Below, one piece after another: positions 25,901-35,254 of a stretch of 63,939 nucleotides of DNA. A model generated the notes under the pieces. The model was not told where the DNA came from. It searched no databases and was given only the letters and a program-made list of their open reading frames with translations. The DNA lies in IMG/VR virus record IMGVR_UViG_3300025018_000162, positions 1 through 63,939 of that record. One strand, given 5' to 3'. The DNA is from a virus (Duplodnaviria; Caudoviricetes). Within the stretch, counting starts at the first letter, position 1. Each line of letters opens with the position of its first letter. The position numbers and the translations under genes were made by a program.

Positions 25901-28537
25901 GCCTAGGTCTCTGATAGCTTTAGCATCATTGTTAGCTACAACCTTGTCTATTATCCCAAGCTTGAAATCTAAACTATGCGCGACTTCGTGTGTTGTGACC
26001 TGCACGTTGTTCATTGACTTCACGCCAATATTCCCACTCTTGGGTCTGTATACACCAGCCCTGCCTCTCCCTACTTTCTTTTCAGATGCAAGGTTAGCAT
26101 ATTTGCTTATAAGTTTGCCCATCTCATTGTAGAGTTTGAACTCTTTCTTTTTAGAAAAAAGGCTTTTAAGTTTAGATGTTGTTGGTGTTTTAATCTCTCT
26201 GCCTTCTGGCTTAACTTGTCTTGCTGCCTTTTGTGAATAAAGTCTTTCTGCATCGCTAGCCATGTTCTCGTTTATGAAATCATCTATCGCTATTGATTCG
26301 TCTGTTTTAGTCTTTCCTTCAAGGAAGTCAAGATACTTCTGTCTGCTCATTTCTGCAAATTGTCCTATGTCTGTGCCAGCTCGTTTCATTTCTGCTAGTT
26401 TACCAGATATAGTTGTCTTAGGTTTAGATATTCTAGCAGCAGATACTGGGGCTTGTTTCGGTGCTGTCTTAACAATAGATTCTCTTGTTCTGCCACCAAG
26501 CACTCTCTCTACAGCACTAGATGTTTTTGGTTTATCTTTAACTCTGGCTGCTGCAACTAACTCTTTGTATGATTTCGGTTTAGTTGTTTTTACTGTGGCT
26601 GTTTTCGGAGTTGTCGGCTTGCTTGTTTGTTTTAAAATTTGTGTTTCTTTTTTAGGCTCTAGAGCTTCTGCGATAGCTTTTTGCCCAGCCGTATCTTTAA
26701 CACTGGATATTGTTTCAGAGATTGCTGACGCTGGCTGTTGGATGGCTCTCGTTGCCTGTGGCGCTTGTGTTCCTATAATTGTTGGTCTGACTGGTTCAGT
26801 CTCTCTTAACGGACCAGTTGTCCTGGTTGCGGCCATTTGCCCTTGTTGTAATTTGTTTTGTGCGGATTCGATTAGGTCTTGTATTTTAGCAACAGCTATT
26901 TTGGTTTCTTCGCCACCTCTTCCAGCGTCTATCACTGCTTGTTTTTTGTTCTTTAGTTCTGTAAGCTTGTTGCTCAAATCTATTATCCTTTTTTGTTGAG
27001 TTGGGTCTACCATTTGGAAAGCAGCTTGTGGTGTATCAACTGGGGCTACATAGAACGGTGCCCCCGCACTCCCTGCTGCGAGTTGGCTTTCTGGTTGGAA
27101 TCTTGCTAGTCTCTCCTCCATTGGAATTGCTGTCCTACTTATTGCTCTTGAGACAGCGTTGTCCATTTGGTATTTAGCTTCTACTGTTGGGTCATATGGC
27201 CTTTCAGTCGCAGCCTTGCGCTCCATATAAGTATTTGTTTCTTGATATGGGTTATACTTATTCTCTCCTCGCATCAAGTTGTTGTATGCTGCAGTTTGTC
27301 CTTTTGTTGCTTTGCCTTCTTTGACAAGGCTCTCATATTTCAGTGAAACCTCTCTTCTGCTGTCACCCCACTTAAGTCCCAAAGCACGAAGGTTGTCTAT
27401 ATGCTCTTGGTTCTGTGGGGTTGTTCTTTTGGTTACGTCTTTTATCTTTGGATTGTAGTTCTTCTTAAGCCACTCGTTGGCCTCTGTCACCTTCTTAAAT
27501 GCAGCTGAATCCCCACCAGTTTTGTCTGGGTGGACTTCTTGTGCTTTCTTGTAGTAGGCGCTCCTGATTTGAGACTTAGATGCCCCTGGTGCCAGGTCAA
27601 GGCGGTTAAGCATCGCGATGGTTTTACCTGCAGCCTCTGTTTGTTCTAGAAGCGTTAGGTCTTTACCCTTGAACTGGTTTTTTAAAGCCCCCTTCATTAT
27701 GGACATGCCGAAAAAAGCGTCTATACCAGTCGCCGTGAGCGCGGATGACCAAGCTTTGGCTATTTCCCATGGGTCGGTATTATCTTTGTCTCCTTCTAAA
27801 TTACCTGTTGTTAGTTGGTTTTTGACCTGCTTCTTTGTCAGTGGGACTCCAGGTTCAAGACCGAACAGTCCACCCATTTTGCTGACATCTGTATTGTAGA
27901 CCTTTTGGAACTCGTCTGCCGTATAATCTATAAGGTCATCCTCTTTCCCAGAGATTGTATTAATACCAGCTTCGCTGACATCTAGAAATCTGTCTGCTAA
28001 GTGTAGAGGAAACTCCGCGATTCCACCAGTAACACCACCGACTATATCTCCTCCGAATTTTGCTGTCTCTTTGGCTGATTGTGCTGCTCTTTTTAAATCT
28101 CCTCCAGATGCTATAAGGCCAGTAAGGAATCCAGTTCCACCACCAAGGATTCCACCAGCTATTTTACCAGGTAACGCACCTACCTTACCAGCGACTTCTG
28201 CTGCTGCTTCTGGTAGTTGTCTGATTGTTCCTTGATATAGCTTCGCTTTGTCTGTTATTCCCCTGGCTACATCTCCGAGTGTTCTTTTTGGTTGCTCTCT
28301 AATACTTGGCGCAGCTTGCTGTGGTTCCTGTGGCTGCTCGACGGTTTGTTGTACTGGTTGTACTCTTTTCGGTACATTGCTTGCAGAGTCTGCATAGCTG
28401 GTACTTCTCCCAGTGTATGGATTCTCTATAAGTGGAGCGGTTCTTGTGTCTGTCTTAGGCTTAATACCAAGTTTCTTTTCGGCATAAAGCTTGAGCGCTC
28501 TTTGCCTAACTTTTTCTTTGGCTGTTTGTATTGACAT
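22958..28537 (-). CDS. giant internal virion/ejection (polyvalent-type) protein with J-domain and HExxH motif
   Basis: 1859 aa, last gene of virion arm; AYYKKAQEVHPDKTGGDSAAFKKVTEA; THEVAH; LPD38-like C-terminus (SPIQIEHYIK). Confidence 0.7.
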   Translation of the reverse strand: MSIQTAKEKVRQRALKLYAEKKLGIKPKTDTRTAPLIENPYTGRSTSYADSASNVPKRVQPVQQTVEQPQEPQQAAPSIREQPKRTLGDVARGITDKAKLYQGTIRQLPEAAAEVAGKVGALPGKIAGGILGGGTGFLTGLIASGGDLKRAAQSAKETAKFGGDIVGGVTGGIAEFPLHLADRFLDVSEAGINTISGKEDDLIDYTADEFQKVYNTDVSKMGGLFGLEPGVPLTKKQVKNQLTTGNLEGDKDNTDPWEIAKAWSSALTATGIDAFFGMSIMKGALKNQFKGKDLTLLEQTEAAGKTIAMLNRLDLAPGASKSQIRSAYYKKAQEVHPDKTGGDSAAFKKVTEANEWLKKNYNPKIKDVTKRTTPQNQEHIDNLRALGLKWGDSRREVSLKYESLVKEGKATKGQTAAYNNLMRGENKYNPYQETNTYMERKAATERPYDPTVEAKYQMDNAVSRAISRTAIPMEERLARFQPESQLAAGSAGAPFYVAPVDTPQAAFQMVDPTQQKRIIDLSNKLTELKNKKQAVIDAGRGGEETKIAVAKIQDLIESAQNKLQQGQMAATRTTGPLRETEPVRPTIIGTQAPQATRAIQQPASAISETISSVKDTAGQKAIAEALEPKKETQILKQTSKPTTPKTATVKTTKPKSYKELVAAARVKDKPKTSSAVERVLGGRTRESIVKTAPKQAPVSAARISKPKTTISGKLAEMKRAGTDIGQFAEMSRQKYLDFLEGKTKTDESIAIDDFINENMASDAERLYSQKAARQVKPEGREIKTPTTSKLKSLFSKKKEFKLYNEMGKLISKYANLASEKKVGRGRAGVYRPKSGNIGVKSMNNVQVTTHEVAHSLDFKLGIIDKVVANNDAKAIRDLGKIYTEYYNPNKTLSSKDILREGYATLIEMNALIPEQIAKDYPFLVESFIKSTGKYYDKLVGEAIGEVNQVIAKYLSLTALEQEKAKMVFNKREASGKSIYTLEDYAIKHAVDYVRPMEALAKANGLDGTASDPSVFYRLIDTVPRIAISNMTRPDGYYITDKIGTPIKKFEYNWYTLGTDVSNTGAYQDYSAYLGSRRLYEVAENVKRLEDKDILTEFEQDVLSQEKSILERSNPDMENIKMIVEDNAEAFADFNKQFDAMANEPVRLLMDSGLISKDYGNYLINKKGYATFARSVIDEVEGGAVDGVFTSGRKDTTPSTMRKFKGSEKALIDPFVTTAKAQSYIGAKVMLQTTLEKLYELDPKGEIEIVGRRAIGEDEVTFFPTINGNMVQFRYKDEWVDMQISNQLKDVFDTGKAMRETDRTHRVIKAFSNVFVKATTGIMYPAFAITNVAIDWVPAAAQSKNFIIPIVDGVRYMSMAGLGKNTKISEMSPNMKKYRELWEQYKVASGLGNTLVRQYEDDPYKTLRSAKIVKDGLVDYIGWTGDKIGNAMAYVGERTETMNRFAEYVKGIEAGKIHAVALEEANRVTGAFSHRGKMLGKHLRAWEDSIVYANSTKQYIYSALKAVRDKDTRKKALTVRLIAGGMSAAGFLYMLNQYNNAVENGTGEEKEQAQSLMNDYLNQNAYGLENHIYTMHGDLKELTKVRIAGNYNEVGLMLNMAMAEAFLDKKYSWKDYAVSIKNIYTPNQYDVTKWKEAATSWIPQIIKPMVEIAMNAKTFPEYKELESEYMRKKPSEERYYPWTSDLAIMLGQTDLMKTQGLSPIQIEHYIKATAGRGTDALTKYIDEGVLSGPLKGLGETFTRIVKNETYLFTGAGYSEFYDGLTKAESDYKKAKESRVGPDIERASRVKKTYSGVEKQLRKLRKINSNEDVVIPTKIPNAIFRVVDLLNKEEYDEAIKEYQTEAGIVGSYIADNKELTK

Positions 28538-28545
28538 AGTGTTTT

Positions 28546-29892
28546 TTATTCTACTTTCCAGTAATAATCTCCACTATCATATGTCATATAATCCGATAGT
28601 GCATATTTAAGAGCATCGTCTGATAATGCCCAAGAATATTCTGTTTTAAGTCTATTAACTAGTTTATTCGGGTCCTCCTTCTTTATCTTGGCCGCGGATA
28701 GCTCGTCTTGAACTTCCAAGATTGCACCATCTCTTCCTATCTCAACAAGAGCAGTCCAATCGTCGTGGGTTGTTATCCCCAAGTCTTTGGCATCTTTCTC
28801 GGTAAATCCAGATGATTTTAATATAGCTTGCTTTTGAGCGTCGGTTAGTTTTATCGGTTCTTCCTCTGCTGCTGGCTCTCCCATTACTCTCCCAAGCGAT
28901 CTCATTACTTTGTCAACATGACCTGGAGTATCATATTTAACACCGAATGAATTTGTTCCCCTATGGTTTTCAGCATAAGCGTTTGGTCTCCCCTCGCCTG
29001 CGTTCCACATTGAAACAATTTGTTGTGGTGTGTACCCACCGTCAAGCCATTTTTGTATCTTATGGACCGTGACTGCGTCTTGATTTTCTTTTGTCATGGG
29101 AAGCAACTCTGAACGTCCGAGTACTTCTTCAGCATATTCTTTAGAATATCGTGCCCACGTTCCTGGAGTATATTGATATGCACCAGATTCGTTAGACCCA
29201 CCTTTGGCGTCGTAGTTACCACCGCTCTCGACACCCTTCATCGCCATAGCGATTTGTTCTGCAGTCGCTGACGTGTAGTCTCTGGCAATATTACCTTCTT
29301 GGTCTGTAGTATAGCCAGTGCCTTTTAAGTCTAGATAATCATTAATGTTGGCGCTCCTACCAAGTCTTGCTTCTTGGGCTTGTCTTAATGCAAGATCTTT
29401 GTCTGCCATCTCCGCTTCGCTTGCCCTTGTGACAGAATCTATTGTGTCACTTAATCTGCCCTCTCTGTATGCCTCTTCTTCTCCTAGGCCCTTTAATGAT
29501 GCATTAGCTGTCGCATATCTAGCTTCTCTTATTTGTTGTTGTTCGCTTGGGGAAAGGAGTCTGAGACGTTCATCCGAGAACGTCATTGGGTTGTTTAATT
29601 GAGACCTGAATGTTGTTTTGGCACCCTGGATATCTTTGTTATACCCTTGCTTCCTTTTAATTCCCTCTTTTATAATATCTATTAGTTTGTTGTTACCCTT
29701 ATATGTCCCGAGTCCGCTTGTTGTTTCTCCAGTTCTAACTGGCGCGGTTGGTGTTGTTGGGGTAGCCGTTTGCTCAGTGTAGCCTGAACCACGTCCGAAC
29801 TCTGTCGGCCCTATATAGCGGTCTGTGCCGACCTCTTTGAAAACTTCTTTCCCAGTTTCTGGGTCTTTAGCTCTATAAAAATTCGTAGCCAT
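28546..29892 (-). CDS. ejection protein with lytic transglycosylase/lysozyme-like domain
   Basis: ESGGNYDAKGGSNESGAYQYTPGTW...NQD..WNAG. Confidence 0.75.
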   Translation of the reverse strand: MATNFYRAKDPETGKEVFKEVGTDRYIGPTEFGRGSGYTEQTATPTTPTAPVRTGETTSGLGTYKGNNKLIDIIKEGIKRKQGYNKDIQGAKTTFRSQLNNPMTFSDERLRLLSPSEQQQIREARYATANASLKGLGEEEAYREGRLSDTIDSVTRASEAEMADKDLALRQAQEARLGRSANINDYLDLKGTGYTTDQEGNIARDYTSATAEQIAMAMKGVESGGNYDAKGGSNESGAYQYTPGTWARYSKEYAEEVLGRSELLPMTKENQDAVTVHKIQKWLDGGYTPQQIVSMWNAGEGRPNAYAENHRGTNSFGVKYDTPGHVDKVMRSLGRVMGEPAAEEEPIKLTDAQKQAILKSSGFTEKDAKDLGITTHDDWTALVEIGRDGAILEVQDELSAAKIKKEDPNKLVNRLKTEYSWALSDDALKYALSDYMTYDSGDYYWKVE

Positions 29893-29893
29893 T

Positions 29894-31156
29894 TTAGTAT
29901 CTTGTATAAGTTTTTAATCTATCTTCTTTACGAAGTTGTGCCTCTTTCTCTTTTTCTCTTGCTATATCGGATTGTGTTGAGCTGACGTATCTGTCTTGGC
30001 TCGGGTCTTTCTTCGGGTTGTATAATGCAGCAGTTCTGCCTTGGCTGTAATCGAGTCCTCCTCCGTATGGGTCTGGAAGTCCTTCTGGGTTTAGGTAGTC
30101 TCTGCTCTGATATAACTCATCACTTCCGTATTTCCTTTCAGCTGCTGTTCCTATATCTCTTGCGCTTTCTTGCCACCCAGCTCGTTTGTCTTCCCAATCG
30201 TATCTACGTTGTTGTGGCACACTTCCTTCAACTCCCTTGTCTTCAAGCGCTCCCTCTTTGCCCAACGTTGCCCTAGATGAACCAGAGAATGTCAAGCCTC
30301 TAGCACGTAGGGACTGTTTAGTTTGTGCTAGTGTATCTGCATAGCTTTTACCTTCTTGTTGTTGATATCTAGTAGCTTCATTCCTAATATCTGCATATGT
30401 ATTTCGGACATCTTCTAAGTCCCTTTGTTTTAAATCTGCATAATATGGCTCTAGTTCTGCTCTAGCTTTTTCTAGCTCTTGTTTAGCTAGGTTGTTCCAC
30501 TCTTCATCTGTATATATTTCTTGACCAGTACTTGTATCGGTGTTGTTTATTGCACCTTCTGCTATTGCTCTTCTGTCTCCAGTCAAGCCGAGCTCATCTA
30601 AATATGCCTGTGTGCTATTGAAAGCCTCCATTTCAGCTGGTGTTCTTTTTCTGCCAAGGTTTTGGTCGAAGTCTCCTCTGCTTTTAAGGGCTTCTGCTAA
30701 CTCGGCTTCACTCTTCCCAGACCAGTATGTATTAAAATTAGGGTCATTCGCGAAATCACCTGCTGTGAACCCCAGTTTTTGTGCAACCTTCATTGGGTCT
30801 ATCCCTGTTCTGTTAGTGGTGGTACTAGTCGCATTTTTCGATAACAAAGCCTCAACCTCTGTTGGCGCCTTAGTCATCAAGTTATATACGTTCGCCCAGT
30901 CTTCATCATTGACTGGATTTCTACCAACGTATTTATTAAAGTTTGCAACAACATCTGCTCTAGATGTTTTTGTATCAGCCCTGCTTGGTGGTGTTGGCGC
31001 TTTACTAGTCTGCGCTGATTGCTGTGTTGTTGGTCGCTGAGCTGTTGGCTGTGCTACTTGCCCACCTGGTGTGTATGTGTCTAAAAGCACAAAGCCAGAT
31101 GGTGGTTTGTTTGCCGATACCATTTTACCAGTGCTTGGATTAATATAAAGTGCCAT
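29894..31156 (-). CDS. putative ejection/internal virion protein
   Basis: position; Q/T-rich N-terminus and coiled coil with RARGLTFSG. Confidence 0.55.
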   Translation of the reverse strand: MALYINPSTGKMVSANKPPSGFVLLDTYTPGGQVAQPTAQRPTTQQSAQTSKAPTPPSRADTKTSRADVVANFNKYVGRNPVNDEDWANVYNLMTKAPTEVEALLSKNATSTTTNRTGIDPMKVAQKLGFTAGDFANDPNFNTYWSGKSEAELAEALKSRGDFDQNLGRKRTPAEMEAFNSTQAYLDELGLTGDRRAIAEGAINNTDTSTGQEIYTDEEWNNLAKQELEKARAELEPYYADLKQRDLEDVRNTYADIRNEATRYQQQEGKSYADTLAQTKQSLRARGLTFSGSSRATLGKEGALEDKGVEGSVPQQRRYDWEDKRAGWQESARDIGTAAERKYGSDELYQSRDYLNPEGLPDPYGGGLDYSQGRTAALYNPKKDPSQDRYVSSTQSDIAREKEKEAQLRKEDRLKTYTRY

Positions 31157-31227
31157 ATTTGTTATTATTTAATAAGTTTAGTCCTCTTGCTAGAAATAGA
31201 ATGATTAGATATGCCCAGCTTTATCCG

Positions 31228-31386
31228 TTATTTTTTAATTTGTTTTAAAATTGACTCTAGAATTCCAACGAATTCAAGTGTCCCTGCCACTTCTGCTTTG
31301 ATTACTTTGAAGTTGTTCCCGTCTGTTTCAATTAAGATTTGTCTAGGCTTAGGTAGTTTTTCTGCTTCTTCTGTTTTGTTGCTCAT
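31228..31386 (-). CDS. hypothetical protein (start near MSNKTEE, approximate)
   Basis: RQILIETDG; within late operon. Confidence 0.4.
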   Translation of the reverse strand: MSNKTEEAEKLPKPRQILIETDGNNFKVIKAEVAGTLEFVGILESILKQIKK

Positions 31387-31390
31387 AATG

Positions 31391-31675
31391 TTATTGGTCT
31401 GTTGGCTCGACGAACGAGTCAAGTTGTTTTAAATTATTATATGCTTCTGAGTATATTCTATCTAGGTCATCTTCACACTCTGTCACGCTAGCCCCACGAT
31501 ATAACAGTTCTCCTCCTTTTTCTTTATATACCTCATATTCTATTTTCTTCATGAACTTTGGAACATCCGTTCCAGCCATCCCGTGTCTGGGTGTATATTG
31601 GACATCCACAACTTTTGTGTAAGTGTCGATTGGTTCTTCTTTTGTGTTGTATACTTTTTTAGATTTTATTCCCAT
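31391..31675 (-). CDS. hypothetical protein (tail-associated)
   Basis: coupled to upstream tail gene. Confidence 0.55.
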   Translation of the reverse strand: MGIKSKKVYNTKEEPIDTYTKVVDVQYTPRHGMAGTDVPKFMKKIEYEVYKEKGGELLYRGASVTECEDDLDRIYSEAYNNLKQLDSFVEPTDQ

Positions 31676-31676
31676 A

Positions 31677-32603
31677 TTAATATCTATTACTATTTATATC
31701 TCCGTTAGAAATTCTAACTTGTGTGCCGCTATAATTTATAAACATTAGGGCGTGGCTATTAAAGCCCGACTCTGTCCATATGTGACCAGGTGTATGTCCA
31801 GTAGAGCCAACTCCATCACCAGTCGGGATCCAGGAGTCCAAGATATCACCGTTATGTGTTCTGCGTTTATTACCGCTGCTATCTATATATTCAAGATACG
31901 TGACGGATGAGCTCGATGGGACCCAGATTGCTCCAGTAGCTGATATCCCAGTGTCGTATACAACCCCGTCGTGTTTTATTATATGCTCCCACCCATAAGT
32001 CGAAATGAAATTTATGTTAGCTCCCTCTACCCATATCATGCCAGGAGTTCTAAGTGTATGTTTGCTTGTATTCACGCTGAACACTGCAAGAGTTTTTACA
32101 ACAAGTTGTGTCGCTCCACCGTTTTCATAAATTCTAAACTGACACTCATATTCGTCCCCTGCTGTATAGGCGTCTTGATAAATTTCTTTCACATCTCCAG
32201 GGAGGCTGTCTGGCTTGTAACCTATGGCAAAGAAATCTGTGTACCAGCCTCCTGCTGATATGGCTGGTGGGCTCCATTGGTACTCTCCTATTAAATAAGG
32301 GAGGTTCCCTTGTACCCAACGGATGTATGCTCTTGTGCCAGTCGCTGGTGGAGTATACGGCCCAAGGACTGTCATGTTACCCAATGAAACCTCTGTCCCT
32401 GGGTATAGTGGCGCCATATTAACAGAGGTCATTTCGTCTTCTGCCGTTGGTCTTTGTGCCCCGTATGTTGCGATAGAAAGAACTCCATTATAGTCTGGGG
32501 GATTAAAACTGTGTCCGTACCACTCTAAAGGTATCCCTGTCACCTGGTCGTAGTCTGGGTAACGCCTTACTCCCTTAGCGATAAAAGCTTCTATAGATGC
32601 CAT
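31677..32603 (-). CDS. putative tail fibre/receptor-binding protein
   Basis: beta-rich with repeated PG.IW motifs; position in tail module. Confidence 0.5.
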   Translation of the reverse strand: MASIEAFIAKGVRRYPDYDQVTGIPLEWYGHSFNPPDYNGVLSIATYGAQRPTAEDEMTSVNMAPLYPGTEVSLGNMTVLGPYTPPATGTRAYIRWVQGNLPYLIGEYQWSPPAISAGGWYTDFFAIGYKPDSLPGDVKEIYQDAYTAGDEYECQFRIYENGGATQLVVKTLAVFSVNTSKHTLRTPGMIWVEGANINFISTYGWEHIIKHDGVVYDTGISATGAIWVPSSSSVTYLEYIDSSGNKRRTHNGDILDSWIPTGDGVGSTGHTPGHIWTESGFNSHALMFINYSGTQVRISNGDINSNRY

Positions 32604-32604
32604 A

Positions 32605-33762
32605 TTAGTAAAGATTACTTCCTACTGGTAATTTAAGTTTGCTTGCATAAAACGTGTGGTTGCAGTCGATAGATGTCCCGTCTGCTGACATTTGAATATA
32701 TTTCTCAGAATATCCGCTCCTGTCGAAATAGTACGTTGTGGCGTACATTGTTGAGAAAGGATAGCTTGCCACACCAACACTCCCTGTATATGCTGGTATT
32801 GGCTGTATGTTCTCCTGCGTCACGAGGTTTCCAGTCATAGAAATACCGTCACAGTAGACATCTCCCCAGTAGTTGCTGCTACCACCAATGTTTTGACTTG
32901 CGTTTCCAGGAATTAGATTTCCAGACAAAGTCCCGAGCGCCAAATCCCCATGAATAACCACATTACATGGTTGTGTTGCTAGCCCAAATCTAACTCGGTC
33001 GCTATCGTTGCCACTGTCTGGAAGGATATTTAAGTCGCCAGCTGTCCATCCACCACCACCGTATGCTGTATAAAACACGCCCCAGCCCTTGTTAGTTGTC
33101 CCGTCTGTATTAAACCCTAGTACTGGGAATGCGTCTGTTGTGTTGTTTGAATAAAGATCTATATCGTTCCCAGTTATAACAGTTCTAACTCCACTAACAG
33201 CTGTTTGTAGTGTTCCACCAGTAATTGTTGGAGACTCAATTGATGTTGATGTAATTTTTGTTGATGTTATATATGATGCTGTCGCGCTTTCTGGTATATT
33301 TGTAAGGTCAACAGCCCAATCTGCTCCAAGTGTTGCGTTGTCCTCTGGCTTAGCACCGTTATCATCTATAACCTCAGACCAATTAGCCTCTGTTGTATCT
33401 ATGACCCACGCAGTGCCATTCCAGACATATCTTTTATTGCCATCGTTTGTGTCATACCATATGTCTCCAATATTTAGGTCTTCTGTCGGGGCATCATCTT
33501 GCGAGTATACCTTAACAAATGCTTTAGATGCAAGACTTTGGAATTCTGCTGTCCCGTCGCCTCTTATAATCCAACCAGTTTGTCCCCCTACAAAATTAGA
33601 AGACCGAAGAGTCTGTTTCCCAGAAATTACGTTAAGAGATGATTGCTGGTAACCGATTGCTCCAGCCTCAACTATAGCGTCTACATTAGCATCTGTGATA
33701 TTTATTTCACTGTCACTTGTTCTAGACAATCTTGAATTGTACCCGAGGTCTAAATAACTCAT
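32605..33762 (-). CDS. tail fibre/spike-like protein
   Basis: SSNFVGGQTGWIIRGDGTAEF, GDIWYDTNDGNKRYVWNGTAW, ITGGTLQTA. Confidence 0.65.
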   Translation of the reverse strand: MSYLDLGYNSRLSRTSDSEINITDANVDAIVEAGAIGYQQSSLNVISGKQTLRSSNFVGGQTGWIIRGDGTAEFQSLASKAFVKVYSQDDAPTEDLNIGDIWYDTNDGNKRYVWNGTAWVIDTTEANWSEVIDDNGAKPEDNATLGADWAVDLTNIPESATASYITSTKITSTSIESPTITGGTLQTAVSGVRTVITGNDIDLYSNNTTDAFPVLGFNTDGTTNKGWGVFYTAYGGGGWTAGDLNILPDSGNDSDRVRFGLATQPCNVVIHGDLALGTLSGNLIPGNASQNIGGSSNYWGDVYCDGISMTGNLVTQENIQPIPAYTGSVGVASYPFSTMYATTYYFDRSGYSEKYIQMSADGTSIDCNHTFYASKLKLPVGSNLY

Positions 33763-35252
33763 AGTTCGTGTTCTTTTATCTTTGTAGCGATTGTGAATCC
33801 TTCGAACTCGAAAGATTTATTGTCGCTCTTTTCGTAAAATTTATAACTGTATCTGTTCCCAGATGAAGTTATGTCTGCGTGTCCTATATTTTTGTCAAGT
33901 TGTGCTATGTTCGTTTCGTTGAATGATCTGTTTTTGTTGACGTCTATCGCGCATTTGAGCCCTTCTGCGTGTGTGGCAAAAGTTGTCATATGGTTAACGA
34001 ACTTGACATCTTCAGGTACACCATAGTCGTACGCTTGTGTAACGAAGAATGAATCTATCTCGTTCCCGTCATCTGCGAACAATTTGTCAACCTTTGTTGC
34101 AAAGTTGTATACATATCCGGCGTTGTCCCCGAAGTATGCTCTTACCTTGGAACCTTGCTTAAACTCTGCTGCTGACTTAACTTCATTAAAAGTACATCTA
34201 ATATAGCAAGTCTCTCGTCTTGTATCCCAACAGAACCATGCGTTCTGATATGTGTATCCGTCTACCGTTACGTCTCCGATAAATGCTCTGTATTCGAAGC
34301 CATTGTATTTTGTTGCTACTACCTCATTAAGTTTAGCTTGGTCTATTGCGTCTATGTAACTTTGTGCTTTAGCTGATATTAATTCTGGTTCAGCCCCACG
34401 CCATCTCCAAAATCCGAATCTATTAAACCAATAAAGGATGTTGTTAACCTTGATTATTGATTTGTAGCTGTCACATCCAAAGTCTGCTATCTTCTTTCTT
34501 TCGGATTCATCATACTTCCACATAGACCTCTCTTTGAAAACAATTAGTCTATCTAGTGCTTCTGCCATCCCAGTTATTTCGTCCCCGTCATCGTAGCCGA
34601 ACTCAACAAATTGTGTTAATGTGTTTTTCCACCCTATTTCTCTATCTGTTGGTTCATCTGAATAATAAACCCGAGATGGGTATACGTCTGCGCCAACTTT
34701 CGTGTGTCCGACATAGAGTAAATCTCTATACCTAACAACATATTTAGCTTGTGGCATATCCGTTAAGCTTGTATCCGTTGTACTAAATGTCGTTCCTTTA
34801 ACGGTCGCTGATGGCAAGTAGGTCGTTCCTGTTTTATGGCCAACAACAAATGTTCTGCCTAAATAATTCTCCATATCTACATTGCTCCCAGCATATGTAT
34901 CCCAAGAAGTTAAAATGCTGCCTACAGTTGTCCAGACTGTTATAGGAGATGTTGCATCTGGTGCGATGTAGCGTAATGTTAAATTACTCCCAGTGTCTGA
35001 TACTGCGAACAAATAGTCCGTTTTGGATGTTGTATCAAAGTACCAATGGAGATAATCCACATCTTCACTCGAAACAACAACTGTTGCTGCTGCCTTTTGA
35101 TAACCTGGAACCTTTTCAAGTCTACCAAGTGTGTATGTCCATACATTCTTAACGGCCTTAAGTTCATCTTGCCCCATCAGGAAGTCCGATGTGTCGGAAT
35201 TCAAAAGTCCGTCGAAGTTAGTGTATCGGATTGATGTTAGTTCATTTGCCAT
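33759..35252 (-). CDS. tail nozzle/stabilisation protein (P22 gp10/T7 tubular B-like)
   Basis: YPSRVYYSD, DGDEITGM..LIVFKERS beta-propeller-like motifs. Confidence 0.65.
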   Translation of the reverse strand: MANELTSIRYTNFDGLLNSDTSDFLMGQDELKAVKNVWTYTLGRLEKVPGYQKAAATVVVSSEDVDYLHWYFDTTSKTDYLFAVSDTGSNLTLRYIAPDATSPITVWTTVGSILTSWDTYAGSNVDMENYLGRTFVVGHKTGTTYLPSATVKGTTFSTTDTSLTDMPQAKYVVRYRDLLYVGHTKVGADVYPSRVYYSDEPTDREIGWKNTLTQFVEFGYDDGDEITGMAEALDRLIVFKERSMWKYDESERKKIADFGCDSYKSIIKVNNILYWFNRFGFWRWRGAEPELISAKAQSYIDAIDQAKLNEVVATKYNGFEYRAFIGDVTVDGYTYQNAWFCWDTRRETCYIRCTFNEVKSAAEFKQGSKVRAYFGDNAGYVYNFATKVDKLFADDGNEIDSFFVTQAYDYGVPEDVKFVNHMTTFATHAEGLKCAIDVNKNRSFNETNIAQLDKNIGHADITSSGNRYSYKFYEKSDNKSFEFEGFTIATKIKEHEL

Positions 35253-35254
35253 AG

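Noticed and set aside
24360-26999. Long + strand ORFs (232 aa, 245 aa) and similar ones at 20010..20660 and 52551..53240
   Set aside because: Antisense to well-supported genes, with S/L/F-rich shadow composition.
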